From Acutalibacteraceae bacterium (GTDB lineage: Bacteria; Bacillota; Clostridia; Oscillospirales; Acutalibacteraceae), in the NCBI GenBank assembly GCA_045604155.1, contig JAZUNN010000083.1, forward strand, positions 7,228 to 71,227: a stretch of 64,000 nt of DNA, written 5' to 3'. Each line of letters starts with the position of its first letter. Position 1 is the stretch's first letter. The position numbers were made by a program, and so were the translations under genes. Under the pieces are notes generated by a model that was not told where the DNA came from, searched no databases, and saw nothing but the letters and a program-made list of their open reading frames with translations. Positions 46,484-55,859 of the stretch are shown piece by piece.

Positions 46484-47065
46484 ATGAGTTATATTTCAGG
46501 AAATGCTTTAAAAGAACTTCGTCTTCACAAAGGACTTACTCAGAAGGAGCTTGCAGGAAAGCTTTATATAAGTGAAAAAACTGTTTCAAAGTGGGAAACA
46601 CAGCGGGGATATCCTGATATTGCAATCCTGCCCTCTCTTGCCGATGCTCTTGGTATTTCTGTTGCAGAGCTGTTTTCATGTCAGTCCGTGAAAAATCCGA
46701 AATCAAACGGCATTTTAAAAAAGCAGGTATTTTATGTCTGTCCTTTATGCGGAAATGTTATTCAGGCATCTTCACATGGAAATTACAGCTGCTGCGGTCT
46801 TCCTCTGCCTGAATGTGAGGTTGAGGAAAATGACAGTGATCATCAGATAAAAACAGCAATAATCGATGGTGAATATGTCGTCACTCTTGATCATCCAATG
46901 ACCAAAGAGCATTATATTTCCTTTGTCTGCTATGTTACAGGAAATACTTCAGAGCTATATATGCAATACCCTGAGCAGGATGCTCTTGCCCGATTCAGGA
47001 AAAAAGGTCACGGTTTCATTTATGCCTATTGCAACAAGCACGGATTATTAAGAATCAGAATATAA
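46484..47065 (+). CDS. XRE-type HTH fused to desulforedoxin-like and superoxide-reductase (desulfoferrodoxin) domains
   Basis: HTH LTQKELAGKLYISEKTVSKWE. Dx-like CPLCGN…CCG. SOR centre II ligand pattern retained (DHQIK, DHPMTKEHYI, YCNKHG). Start at M13 of the track ORF behind an AAAGGAG SD. Confidence 0.8.
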   Translation: MSYISGNALKELRLHKGLTQKELAGKLYISEKTVSKWETQRGYPDIAILPSLADALGISVAELFSCQSVKNPKSNGILKKQVFYVCPLCGNVIQASSHGNYSCCGLPLPECEVEENDSDHQIKTAIIDGEYVVTLDHPMTKEHYISFVCYVTGNTSELYMQYPEQDALARFRKKGHGFIYAYCNKHGLLRIRI

Positions 47066-47116
47066 ATATTTCAAAGCACAAATCCATATATTTATGCATA
47101 AAAATGCGAAAAACAC

Positions 47117-47145
47117 TTGCACATCTGATAGTGTTGTGATATACT
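47117..47145 (+). promoter_or_regulatory. Sigma-70 promoter for rpsB-tsf
   Basis: TTGCAC, 17 nt, TATACT. Leaves a ~120-nt 5' UTR. Confidence 0.45.
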
Positions 47146-47270
47146 ATCTAAGATTTCGCACGTTGTGTGGGAACGGCTCGGGTTGCATGCATTAAAGTAT
47201 GTTTTTGCCGCTCTTTTCGTCAAAGACGATCAACACATGACGGAGGAAAAAACCAAGGAGGAAATAAACA

Positions 47271-48002
47271 ATGGCAGTAGTATCAATGAAGCAGCTTCTC
47301 GAAGCTGGCGTTCACTTCGGACACCAGACCAGACGCTGGAACCCCAAGATGGCAGAGTACATCTTCACCGAGAGAAATGGCATCTACATCATCGACCTTC
47401 AGAAGACCGTTAAGAAGCTTGAAGAGGCTTACATGTTCATCCGTGAGACCGCAGCTAATGGCGGTTCCGTTCTGTTCGTCGGTACCAAGAAGCAGGCTCA
47501 GGATTCCATCAAGGAAGAGGCTGAGCGCTCCGGCTCCTACTTTGTAAACGCTCGTTGGCTCGGCGGTATGCTCACCAACTTCGTTACCATCCGCAGAAGA
47601 ATTGAGAGACTCAACCAGCTTCTCAAGATGTCCACCGACGGCACCTTTGATCTCCTTCCCAAGAAGGAAGTTATCAAGCTCAACCTCGAGATCGAGAGAC
47701 TCCAGAAGTTCCTCGGCGGCATCCAGGAAATGAAGAAGCTCCCCGGTGCTCTCTTTATCGTTGATCCCCGCAAGGAAAAGATCGCTGTTGCTGAGGCTAA
47801 GAAGCTCGGCATCCCCGTTGTCGCAATCGTCGACACCAACTGCGATCCCGATGATATCGACTACGTAATCCCCGGCAACGATGACGCTATCCGTGCTGTT
47901 AAGCTCATCGCTTCCGCTATGGCAAGTGCTGTTCTCGAAGGCAGACAGGGCGCTGAGACTGCTCCCGAGGCTGCTGAGGCTGAGGCACCTGCTGCTGAAT
48001 AA
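47271..48002 (+). CDS. rpsB: 30S ribosomal protein S2
   Basis: 243 aa. [27 protein letters not shown] is the canonical S2 N-terminus. Confidence 0.98.
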   Translation: MAVVSMKQLLEAGVHFGHQTRRWNPKMAEYIFTERNGIYIIDLQKTVKKLEEAYMFIRETAANGGSVLFVGTKKQAQDSIKEEAERSGSYFVNARWLGGMLTNFVTIRRRIERLNQLLKMSTDGTFDLLPKKEVIKLNLEIERLQKFLGGIQEMKKLPGALFIVDPRKEKIAVAEAKKLGIPVVAIVDTNCDPDDIDYVIPGNDDAIRAVKLIASAMASAVLEGRQGAETAPEAAEAEAPAAE

Positions 48003-48026
48003 TTAATAATTTAGGAGGAAAATAAA

Positions 48027-48953
48027 ATGGCTTTTACCGCTAAAGACGTTGCTGCTCTGAGAGAAAAGACCGGCTGCGGCATGATGGACTGCAAGAAGGC
48101 TCTTACCGAGACTGACGGCGATATGGAGAAGGCAATCGATTTCCTTCGTGAGAAGGGTCTCGCAGCTGCAGCTAAGAAGGCAAGCAGAATTGCTGCTGAA
48201 GGTACTGTTTACACCGCTTCTGAGAACGGCGTTGCTGTTGTCATCGAAGTAAACGCTGAGACTGACTTCGTTGCTAAGAACGTTGACTTCATGGACTTTG
48301 TTGCTCTCTGCGCAAAGACCGTTATCGCTGAGAATCCTGCTGACGTTGAGGCTCTCCTCGCTGTCAAGGCTTTCGGCACCGAGAACACTGTTCAGGAAGT
48401 TCTCACCGAGAAGATCCAGACCATCGGCGAAAACATCAAGATCCGTCGTTTCGAGAGATACGAGGGTATCACTGATACTTATGTACACGCAGGCGGCAAG
48501 ATCGGTGTTCTCACCAAGTTTGCTACCAGCGATGAGATCGCTGCAAAGCCTGAGTTTGCTGAGTTCGCTCACAACATCAGCATGCAGATCGCTGCTCTCA
48601 ACCCCCTCTACCTCAATGACGCTGCAGTTCCTGCTGACGTTATCGAGAAGGAGAAGGAGATCGCTACCGAGCAGCTCAAGAACGATCCCAAGAATGCTAA
48701 CAAGCCCGCAAACATCATCGAGAAGATCGTTACCGGTAAGATCGGCAAGTACTTTGAGGAAGTCTGCCTCGTAAACCAGGTTTACGTTATCGACTCCGAC
48801 CTTAAGGTCAGCCAGTATGTTGCTAACACTGCTAAGGCACTTGGCGGCGACATCGCTATCGAGAGCTTCGTTCGCTTTGAGAAGGGCGAAGGTCTCCAGA
48901 AGAGAGAGGACGACTTTGCTGCAGAAGTTGCAAAGATGGCAGGCACCAACTAA
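48027..48953 (+). CDS. tsf: Translation elongation factor Ts
   Basis: 308 aa. MAFTAKDVAALREKTGCGMMDCKKAL UBA-like N-terminus, immediately after rpsB. Confidence 0.98.
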   Translation: MAFTAKDVAALREKTGCGMMDCKKALTETDGDMEKAIDFLREKGLAAAAKKASRIAAEGTVYTASENGVAVVIEVNAETDFVAKNVDFMDFVALCAKTVIAENPADVEALLAVKAFGTENTVQEVLTEKIQTIGENIKIRRFERYEGITDTYVHAGGKIGVLTKFATSDEIAAKPEFAEFAHNISMQIAALNPLYLNDAAVPADVIEKEKEIATEQLKNDPKNANKPANIIEKIVTGKIGKYFEEVCLVNQVYVIDSDLKVSQYVANTAKALGGDIAIESFVRFEKGEGLQKREDDFAAEVAKMAGTN

Positions 48954-48977
48954 TCTCTCCCCTATTAAATAATTTAA

Positions 48978-49008
48978 GGGCTTCCGAGAAATCGGAAGCT
49001 CTTTTTTT
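48978..49008 (+). terminator. Rho-independent terminator of tsf
   Basis: GGGCTTCCGA-GAAA-TCGGAAGCTC followed by T7. Confidence 0.85.
48989..49006. repeat. 18-nt direct repeat, copy 1 (3' half of the tsf terminator)
   Basis: AAATCGGAAGCTCTTTTT, identical to 49621-49638. Confidence 0.8.
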
Positions 49009-49092
49009 AACTTGTTGCTTTACAAAAAAAATCATATTATGTTAGAACAAAGTAAATTAATGTTTTGCTTTTACAAAAGGAGGGTATCATAT

Positions 49093-49491
49093 TTGAAGAA
49101 TCTGCATCCTGTTTTTAAATATCTGCTTCTTATATTCATAAATACGTGTCCTTTTGCATTAAGTATTATTTTGTATCGCTTCGGAGCAACCTATGACATA
49201 TTCTTGTCCATACTGATTATAAACCTAGTGATAATACTGAATAATAAAAATATCACTAAGCCACTCCCTTTTATTTTACTTATGATTTATATGATTATAT
49301 GTGAATTATTCTCAGGTTGGCTTGCAACTTATTTATACTATTATAATATTTCTTCAGATGAACTTACTCCTGTTGTCGGACAGTTAATCACCTTGTTTAC
49401 AACTTTGATGATTTTCCTTGCAGCAATCATATTAGGAATATCCAAAATACGCTCTTACCGTAAGCACAGCGCTGCACACGCTGATGCCTGA
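49093..49491 (+). CDS. Hypothetical small membrane protein (4 predicted TM helices) in an AT-rich insert
   Basis: TTG start 7 nt after AAAGGAGGG (L28 of track ORF 49012..49491). Hydrophobic, AT-rich codon usage unlike its neighbours. No family recognised. Confidence 0.45.
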   Translation: MKNLHPVFKYLLLIFINTCPFALSIILYRFGATYDIFLSILIINLVIILNNKNITKPLPFILLMIYMIICELFSGWLATYLYYYNISSDELTPVVGQLITLFTTLMIFLAAIILGISKIRSYRKHSAAHADA

Positions 49492-49553
49492 TAAGCGCTG
49501 TACTTATCTTTTATATATCTCGAAAATCATGCAAATATATTTTAAACATCCAA

Positions 49554-49592
49554 AAGGGTTTGTTGTCTGTATATTACAGACAACAAACCCTT
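49554..49592. terminator. Strong hairpin / terminator (NUDIX gene on the minus strand; membrane ORF on the plus strand)
   Basis: AAGGGTTTGTTGTCTGT-ATATT-ACAGACAACAAACCCTT, with a T-run on the minus strand. Confidence 0.7.
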
Positions 49593-49620
49593 AAGTTTCA
49601 CCTTATATCAAGCCGCTCAT

Positions 49621-49638
49621 AAATCGGAAGCTCTTTTT
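49621..49638. repeat. 18-nt direct repeat, copy 2 (overlaps the NUDIX stop codon)
   Basis: AAATCGGAAGCTCTTTTT, identical to 48989-49006 but lacking the 5' stem arm. Confidence 0.8.
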
Positions 49639-50113
49639 ATTCTGCAGTTTCGATAATTGAAAATTCATTTGGAATATTCCATATTTTTTCTTTCAGAAAG
49701 ATAGGATAAAAATATTCGTCCTTGAGTCTGTCAAACTCAAGCCACTCGAATGAAAGCATCTGACCATTATCCCTCTGTGTAAACATCTTGCCTCGTGTCA
49801 GAATATCTGTCTTCGATATATCAATCAGGAAATATATACATATTTCGTGGAATTGTTCGCCGCTTACATCCTCAGTAAAAAAGCCCTGATTCAACCATAA
49901 CGGACGGATTATTTCCACTTCGGCTCCCAGTTCCTCCCTTATTTCTCGAATAACAGCTTCTTCTGCGGATTCACCAAGCTTTACTCTTCCGCCAGGCAGA
50001 TAATAGTACGGTGAACGTTCATCATGCATTGCAAGTATCCTGCCGTCATTTATTATCATTCCGCAGACTCTGTAGTTGAACTTACCTTTATCTGTTTTGA
50101 AAGTAATATCCAT
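49637..50113 (-). CDS. NUDIX hydrolase
   Basis: 158 aa with the Nudix box GGRVKLGESAEEAVIREIREELG. Confidence 0.88.
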   Translation of the reverse strand: MDITFKTDKGKFNYRVCGMIINDGRILAMHDERSPYYYLPGGRVKLGESAEEAVIREIREELGAEVEIIRPLWLNQGFFTEDVSGEQFHEICIYFLIDISKTDILTRGKMFTQRDNGQMLSFEWLEFDRLKDEYFYPIFLKEKIWNIPNEFSIIETAE

Positions 50114-50180
50114 AACCCCACCTCATTTCTGTTAAGATATAACGACGCCTTCAGCTGCTGCCGAAAGCGTCGTTGATTTT

Positions 50181-51194
50181 TTATTCAGCCTCTGCCTCGT
50201 CCTTGCCCGGATTTACAGCTGCGGTGATTTCATCAATCGCACCTGACTTTATAAAATCGATAAGCTGGCCGATAGCATTGCACATGGTCTTTGCCTTACT
50301 GCTGCCGTGTGCCTTGAATACAGGCTTCTGTACGCCGATAAAGGGAGCTCCGCCGTATTCATTGTAGTCGATCTCCTTCTTCATTGCCTTCATTTCCTTA
50401 AGCACAAGAGAAGCACCGATCTTTGTCTTGAGGTTCTTTTTGAAAACGCCCTTGATCTTGCCGAGAAGAGCACCTGCAACACCTTCATACATCTTGAGAA
50501 CGATGTTTCCGGTGAAACCGTCGCATACGATAACATCGCAGCCGTCATCGGGAATATCACGTGCTTCAACGTTTCCTACAAAGTTGATGCCTTCGCACTC
50601 TTTAAGAAGAGGGAATGTAGCAATACGAAGCTCGTCGCCCTTAGTATCCTCGGTACCGACGTTTGCAAGACCTACACGGGGATTCTTGACACCCATTACC
50701 TTTTCCATGTAAACAGAGCCCATCTGAGCAAACTGCTTGAGCATTTCGGGACGGCAATCTGCATTTGCGCCGCTGTCAATAAGCATTACCATACCTTTTG
50801 CCTTGGGCATGATAGGACCGAGAGCAGGACGCTTGATACCCTTGATTCTCTTTACGATAAGGGTTGCACCCATAAGGAGAGCGCCTGTGCTGCCTGCACT
50901 TGCCATACCGTCTGCCTGACCTTCTGCGAGAAGTCTGAGACCGACAGCCATGGAGCAGTTTTTCTTGCCCTTTGTGATTTCTCTGGGATGATCTTCCATT
51001 GCAATTACATCAGGAGCATCAACAATGGACATATTCTTGAGCGAAATCTTGTTTTCTGCGGATACTCTCTTTATATCTTCCTCACTGCCTGTAAGTATGA
51101 TCTCGATACCGTACTTTTCAACAGCCATCTCACAGCCTTTAAGTATTTCAAGGGGGGCGTTATCTCCGCCGTATGCGTCAACAATAATTTTCAT
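50181..51194 (-). CDS. plsX: Phosphate acyltransferase PlsX
   Basis: 337 aa. MKIIVDAYGGDNAP… N-terminus and overall PlsX length. Confidence 0.95.
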   Translation of the reverse strand: MKIIVDAYGGDNAPLEILKGCEMAVEKYGIEIILTGSEEDIKRVSAENKISLKNMSIVDAPDVIAMEDHPREITKGKKNCSMAVGLRLLAEGQADGMASAGSTGALLMGATLIVKRIKGIKRPALGPIMPKAKGMVMLIDSGANADCRPEMLKQFAQMGSVYMEKVMGVKNPRVGLANVGTEDTKGDELRIATFPLLKECEGINFVGNVEARDIPDDGCDVIVCDGFTGNIVLKMYEGVAGALLGKIKGVFKKNLKTKIGASLVLKEMKAMKKEIDYNEYGGAPFIGVQKPVFKAHGSSKAKTMCNAIGQLIDFIKSGAIDEITAAVNPGKDEAEAE

Positions 51195-51195
51195 G

Positions 51196-52521
51196 TCAGT
51201 TTTCCTCCCATTTTTTCATTGTTTCTTCAAGAGAGCGAAGACCACGCTCGCTAAGTGCAGCATAACGTTCTCTTTTATCTCGTATTTTCGGCTCTATTGG
51301 AGGCAGAATTCCAAAATTTGCACCCATGGGCTGAAAATTACTTACTGTTTCATCGGATATGTACTGTGACAGTGAACCGAGCATTGTAACCTTATCAAGC
51401 ACAACGGTATCTTGTCCATTGAGTCTGCGCACAGCATTTATACCTGCAAGCAAACCTGAGCCTGCAGATTCCATATAACCTTCAACACCTGTAATCTGAC
51501 CTGCAAAGAAGATACGGTTATCTTTTCTGAGGGAATAATCAGCATCAAGAAGCCTCGGAGAATCAAGAAATGTATTTCTGTGCATTACTCCGTATCTGAC
51601 AAACTCGGCATTTTTCAGTGCTGGAATCATGGAAAAAACACGCTTCTGTTCACCGAATTTCAGATTGGTCTGAAAACCGACAAGATTGAACATTGTGCCG
51701 TCTGCATTCTCTCTTCTGAGCTGAAGATTTGCCCACGGACGGTGTCCTGTTCTCGGGTCACGAAGTCCTACGGGCTTCATCGGTCCGAAACGAAGTGTAT
51801 TCTCTCCTCTGGAAGCAAGCACCTCTACAGGCATACAGCCTTCGTAAACCGGCATTTCCCTGTCAGCATCGTGGAGAAGTGCTCTTTCTGCTTTCAGAAG
51901 TTCTGATACGAATTCTTCGTACTCTGCCTTGTTCATGGGACAGTTTATATAATCGTCCTCTCCGCCTCGGTCATATCTTGAAGCGGCAAATGCACACTCC
52001 ATATCAATGCTGTCTGCAGAAACAATAGGTGCTGCTGCATCATAGAAGTTGAGATAGGGCTGTCCACAGAATTCTCCGATGGATTCGCTGAAGGAATCGC
52101 TCGTCAGAGGACCTGTTGCGATCACAACAATACCATCAGAAGGTATTTCGGTAATTTCATCTTCGACTATTTCTATAAAGTCATTTTCCTTTATAGTATT
52201 TGTTACGCCTTCAGAGAATAAATCTCTGTCAACAGCAAGTGCTCCGCCTGCTGGAACAGCGCAGGAGTCGGCAACCTTGAGGAGCAAGCTGCCAAGTCGG
52301 CGCATTTCCTCCTTCATAAGACCCGCTGCACTGTCTATACGATTTGCCTTGAAGGAATTTGAGCAGACAAGCTCTGCAAAAAGAGGGCTTTTATGAGCAG
52401 GGGTATATTTTTTCCCCTTCATCTCTATAAGACGCACTCTTATACCTCTTTTTGCTATCTGCCATGCCGCCTCGCAGCCTGCAAGTCCGGCTCCAATAAC
52501 AGTTATCTGAGCTTTACTCAC
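51196..52521 (-). CDS. trmFO: Methylenetetrahydrofolate--tRNA-(uracil-5-)-methyltransferase TrmFO
   Basis: FAD motif VIGAGLAGCEAAWQ. Likely GTG start at 52521 (V19 of the track ORF) behind a GGAGGAAAAG SD, overlapping the topA stop (GTGAGTAA). ATG at 52575 is the alternative. Confidence 0.92.
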   Translation of the reverse strand: MSKAQITVIGAGLAGCEAAWQIAKRGIRVRLIEMKGKKYTPAHKSPLFAELVCSNSFKANRIDSAAGLMKEEMRRLGSLLLKVADSCAVPAGGALAVDRDLFSEGVTNTIKENDFIEIVEDEITEIPSDGIVVIATGPLTSDSFSESIGEFCGQPYLNFYDAAAPIVSADSIDMECAFAASRYDRGGEDDYINCPMNKAEYEEFVSELLKAERALLHDADREMPVYEGCMPVEVLASRGENTLRFGPMKPVGLRDPRTGHRPWANLQLRRENADGTMFNLVGFQTNLKFGEQKRVFSMIPALKNAEFVRYGVMHRNTFLDSPRLLDADYSLRKDNRIFFAGQITGVEGYMESAGSGLLAGINAVRRLNGQDTVVLDKVTMLGSLSQYISDETVSNFQPMGANFGILPPIEPKIRDKRERYAALSERGLRSLEETMKKWEEN

Positions 52522-54607
52522 CCTTCTTTTCCTCCAGAGCTCTTGAGTAGCCGCAGCCTTCTTTTGCGCATACAAGCTTCTGTACCTTTCCGTTCTTTAC
52601 GTACAGAATATCGCCGCACTGAGGACACCTCTGCTTTGTGGGCTCGTTCCATGTCATAAAGTCGCAGTTGGGATAGCCAGAACAGCCATAGAAAACCTTG
52701 CCTCGCTTGGTTTTCTTCACAACTACCTTGCTGCCGCACTTGGGACAATCTGCATCTATTTCATTTACAATTGACTTGATATTCTTGCATTCGGGATATC
52801 CCGGGCAGGCGATGAACTTGCCGTAACGTCCTGTCTTGATAACCATCTTACGTCCGCACTTTTCGCAGATCATATCGGTTTCTTCATCGGGCGGCTTGAG
52901 TGTAACACCTTCCATTGCCTTCTTTGCATCGGAAAGGGTCTTTTCAAATTCCTCGTGGAATGTTCTGAGGGTTTCTATCCAATCCACCTTGCCATCCTTG
53001 ACCTGGTCAAGATTCTTAAGCATCTGTGCAGTAAATCTTACACTTACTATCTTTGCAAAGCGCTCCTTCATGAGCTTGTTGGTTGTTTCACCAAGCTCTG
53101 TGGGCTTTAATGTCTTGCCCTCACGGACAACATACTCACGGCTGACGATGGTGGAAATAATGGTTGCATAGGTAGAGGGTCGACCGATACCGTTTTCTTC
53201 AAGCGCCTTGTTGAGGGTGGATTCGGTGTATCGTGCAGGAGGCTGGGTAAAGTGCTGGTTGGGAGATACATCCTTTGCACGCAGTTTTGTTCCTTCTGCA
53301 AGCACAGGCAGCTTTCCGCCATCCTTTTCCTCTTCATCCTTGGATTCCTCATAAAGTGCTGTATAGCCATCAAACTTTACAGTATATCCGCTTGCCTTGA
53401 AGATATAATCTCCGTTTTCGATGTCAACATTTGTTGTATCGTGGATGCACTGTGCCATAAAGCTTGCTGTAAAACGCTCCCATATAAGCTTGTAGAGCTT
53501 GTACTGGTCGTTTGTAAGGCTTGCCTTTGCCTGCTCGGGTGTAAGAGTCGGCATTGTGGGACGGATAGCTTCGTGACCGTCCTGAACATCACCCTTGCTT
53601 TTGAACTTATAGGGCTTATCAGCAACGTATTTCTTTCCCCACTTTTCTTCAATGAACGCCTCGGCTTCCATCTTTGCTTCATTGGAGATTCTCAGCGAGT
53701 CGGTACGCATATAGGTGATAAGACCGACTGCTCCCATTCCCTCAATATCAATACCTTCGTAAAGCTCCTGAGCTATTTTCATGGTCTTCTGACCCTGGAA
53801 ATTGAGCTTTCTTGAGGCTTCCTGCTGGAGGGTTGAGGTAATGAAAGGAGGTGCAGGATTCTTTTTTCTTGTACCCTTTTTGATGCCTGAAATGGAGTAT
53901 GTGCCCTCTTCAAGCTTTGCAAGAATCTCTTTTGCTTCGCTTTCTGTCTTTATATCAAGCTTCTCTTCCTTTGTTCCGAAGAAGGATGCAGGAAATGCCT
54001 TCTTTTCGCCCTGGGGAACAAACTTAGCATCTATAGTCCAGTATTCCTCGGGGACGAATGCTCTTATTTCCTCTTCCCTGTCACAGATCATTCTTACTGC
54101 AACAGACTGAACACGACCTGCAGAAAGACCTCGTCTGATCTTTGAGGAAATAAACGGGCTTAAGCGGTAGCCTACGATTCTGTCAAGAATTCTTCGGCAC
54201 TGCTGGGCATTTACAAGATCCATGTCTATTGATCGGGGATTCTTCATACCCTCAACGATTCCGGTTTCAGTAATCTCATTAAAAATTACTCTGTTGGTTT
54301 CGTTGATATCAAGGTCAAGAAGATATGCAAGATGCCAGGAAATAGCCTCTCCTTCACGGTCAGGATCGGTTGCGAGATAGACATAATCGCTCTTCTTCGC
54401 AGCATCCCTGAGCTTTTCAACAAGCTCTTCCTTGCCCTTTATAATTGCGTATTTGGGTTCAAAGTTCTTCTTGACATCGACACTGAGTCTGTTCTTGGGC
54501 AGGTCACGTACATGACCGACTGAAGCAACTACATCGTATTCATTGCCAAGATATTTTTTTATTGTTTTCACCTTACCCGGTGACTCAACAATTACTAATT
54601 TCGACAT
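52514..54607 (-). CDS. topA: DNA topoisomerase I
   Basis: 697 aa. TOPRIM N-terminus (MSKLVIVESPGKVKTI), type IA core and three C-terminal C4 zinc ribbons. Confidence 0.97.
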   Translation of the reverse strand: MSKLVIVESPGKVKTIKKYLGNEYDVVASVGHVRDLPKNRLSVDVKKNFEPKYAIIKGKEELVEKLRDAAKKSDYVYLATDPDREGEAISWHLAYLLDLDINETNRVIFNEITETGIVEGMKNPRSIDMDLVNAQQCRRILDRIVGYRLSPFISSKIRRGLSAGRVQSVAVRMICDREEEIRAFVPEEYWTIDAKFVPQGEKKAFPASFFGTKEEKLDIKTESEAKEILAKLEEGTYSISGIKKGTRKKNPAPPFITSTLQQEASRKLNFQGQKTMKIAQELYEGIDIEGMGAVGLITYMRTDSLRISNEAKMEAEAFIEEKWGKKYVADKPYKFKSKGDVQDGHEAIRPTMPTLTPEQAKASLTNDQYKLYKLIWERFTASFMAQCIHDTTNVDIENGDYIFKASGYTVKFDGYTALYEESKDEEEKDGGKLPVLAEGTKLRAKDVSPNQHFTQPPARYTESTLNKALEENGIGRPSTYATIISTIVSREYVVREGKTLKPTELGETTNKLMKERFAKIVSVRFTAQMLKNLDQVKDGKVDWIETLRTFHEEFEKTLSDAKKAMEGVTLKPPDEETDMICEKCGRKMVIKTGRYGKFIACPGYPECKNIKSIVNEIDADCPKCGSKVVVKKTKRGKVFYGCSGYPNCDFMTWNEPTKQRCPQCGDILYVKNGKVQKLVCAKEGCGYSRALEEKKGE

Positions 54608-54618
54608 AACAGTAACCT

Positions 54619-55845
54619 CTATTGCTTTCTGATTGAATATTTTCGCTGTGTATCTGAGATTATTATGTTGTTAATCTCAAGCTCGGTTACAGCAGTAAGC
54701 AGCTTGTGAGCAGGCAGCGACAGTCTTTCACTGAGCTCTTCAAGGCTGAGCGAAAAGTCTTTCAGCAGATCGTAAATTTTACGCTCTATTTCCGGTGCAC
54801 CTTCATAAAGCTGCACCGCTGTGCCTTTTTCGCTTCGTCTGATGTTATCTATCGGTCTGTCGTTAAAACAGCAGCTTTCCGGTATTTCCACATCAATGAA
54901 CTCCGGGAATGACCTTGTTATCTGTGATATTGGAATGTGACTGTCACGCATTCTTAATCTGTGCGGATATGAGGCGTTATATTCCTCCAGCACATCATAG
55001 GCGCAGGAAACGGGCTTTGCTCCGTCTCTGATCATTGCATTTGCACCGTAGGAAAGATCACTCATGACACTTCCGGGAATTGCAAAAAGATCTCTTCCCA
55101 TCTCACCGGCATATCTTGCAGTTATAAGCGCACCGCTTTTTATGGGTGCTTCTCCCACAATGACACCAATTGACAGAGCTGAAAGAAGTCTGTTGCGAAT
55201 AGGAAACGTTATCTTCGATGGGGCATAATCCGGAGGAAATTCCGAAATAAGTGCTCCGCCATTTTCAAGAATTCGTTTCCTTGTTTCCTCACACTGAGGA
55301 TTATAATCCACAGCAAGACCGCAGCCGAGAATGGATATTGTCCTTCCTCCTGCTCTGAGTGCTCCCTGATGAGCTGCATCATCAATGCCCCTCGCACCGC
55401 CGCTTATAATAATCGCTCCACACTGTGTAAGACTTCCCGAAAGTGCGGTAACTATCATTTTGCCGTCGGCACTTGCTTTTCTTGTTCCGACTACTGCCAG
55501 AACAACATTGTCATCAAAGTCCGGAAGCTCGCCTTTGTAATACAGCACCAAAGGATAGTCGCAGATATCATACAGGCGATCGGGATATTCCTTATCGTCG
55601 GGAGTCAGTATTTTTATGCCCAGCTCCCTACAGCGCTCGTATATGGCCATTGCCTCGTCCATTACCACACTGTCTGCGGCCATTTTACGATGCTCACGTC
55701 TTAATACAAAGCATTCCTTCAATTTGTTTTCGGAGGCATTGTACATAGCCTTCGGGCCTCCGAAAAAATCAACGACAAACTCGGTGTTTCTGTTTCCGTA
55801 GCCGAGTATCCTCTGAAGCCATATCCAATATATGCACTCGCCCAC
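54619..55845 (-). CDS. dprA: DNA-processing protein DprA (Smf)
   Basis: 408 aa with the Rossmann-like DprA core (…VVGTRKAS…GGARGID…). Conserved dprA-topA-trmFO order. Confidence 0.9.
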   Translation of the reverse strand: MGECIYWIWLQRILGYGNRNTEFVVDFFGGPKAMYNASENKLKECFVLRREHRKMAADSVVMDEAMAIYERCRELGIKILTPDDKEYPDRLYDICDYPLVLYYKGELPDFDDNVVLAVVGTRKASADGKMIVTALSGSLTQCGAIIISGGARGIDDAAHQGALRAGGRTISILGCGLAVDYNPQCEETRKRILENGGALISEFPPDYAPSKITFPIRNRLLSALSIGVIVGEAPIKSGALITARYAGEMGRDLFAIPGSVMSDLSYGANAMIRDGAKPVSCAYDVLEEYNASYPHRLRMRDSHIPISQITRSFPEFIDVEIPESCCFNDRPIDNIRRSEKGTAVQLYEGAPEIERKIYDLLKDFSLSLEELSERLSLPAHKLLTAVTELEINNIIISDTQRKYSIRKQ

Positions 55846-55859
55846 GTTAATTCAGCTCC

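Noticed and set aside
50141-50180. A hairpin AACGACGC…GCGTCGTT followed by a T-run on the plus strand, between plsX and the NUDIX gene, considered as a terminator.
   Set aside because: The orientation is wrong for the flanking minus-strand genes (the T-run is on the plus strand only), and the stem is interrupted. It might block antisense transcription, but the evidence is too weak to call.
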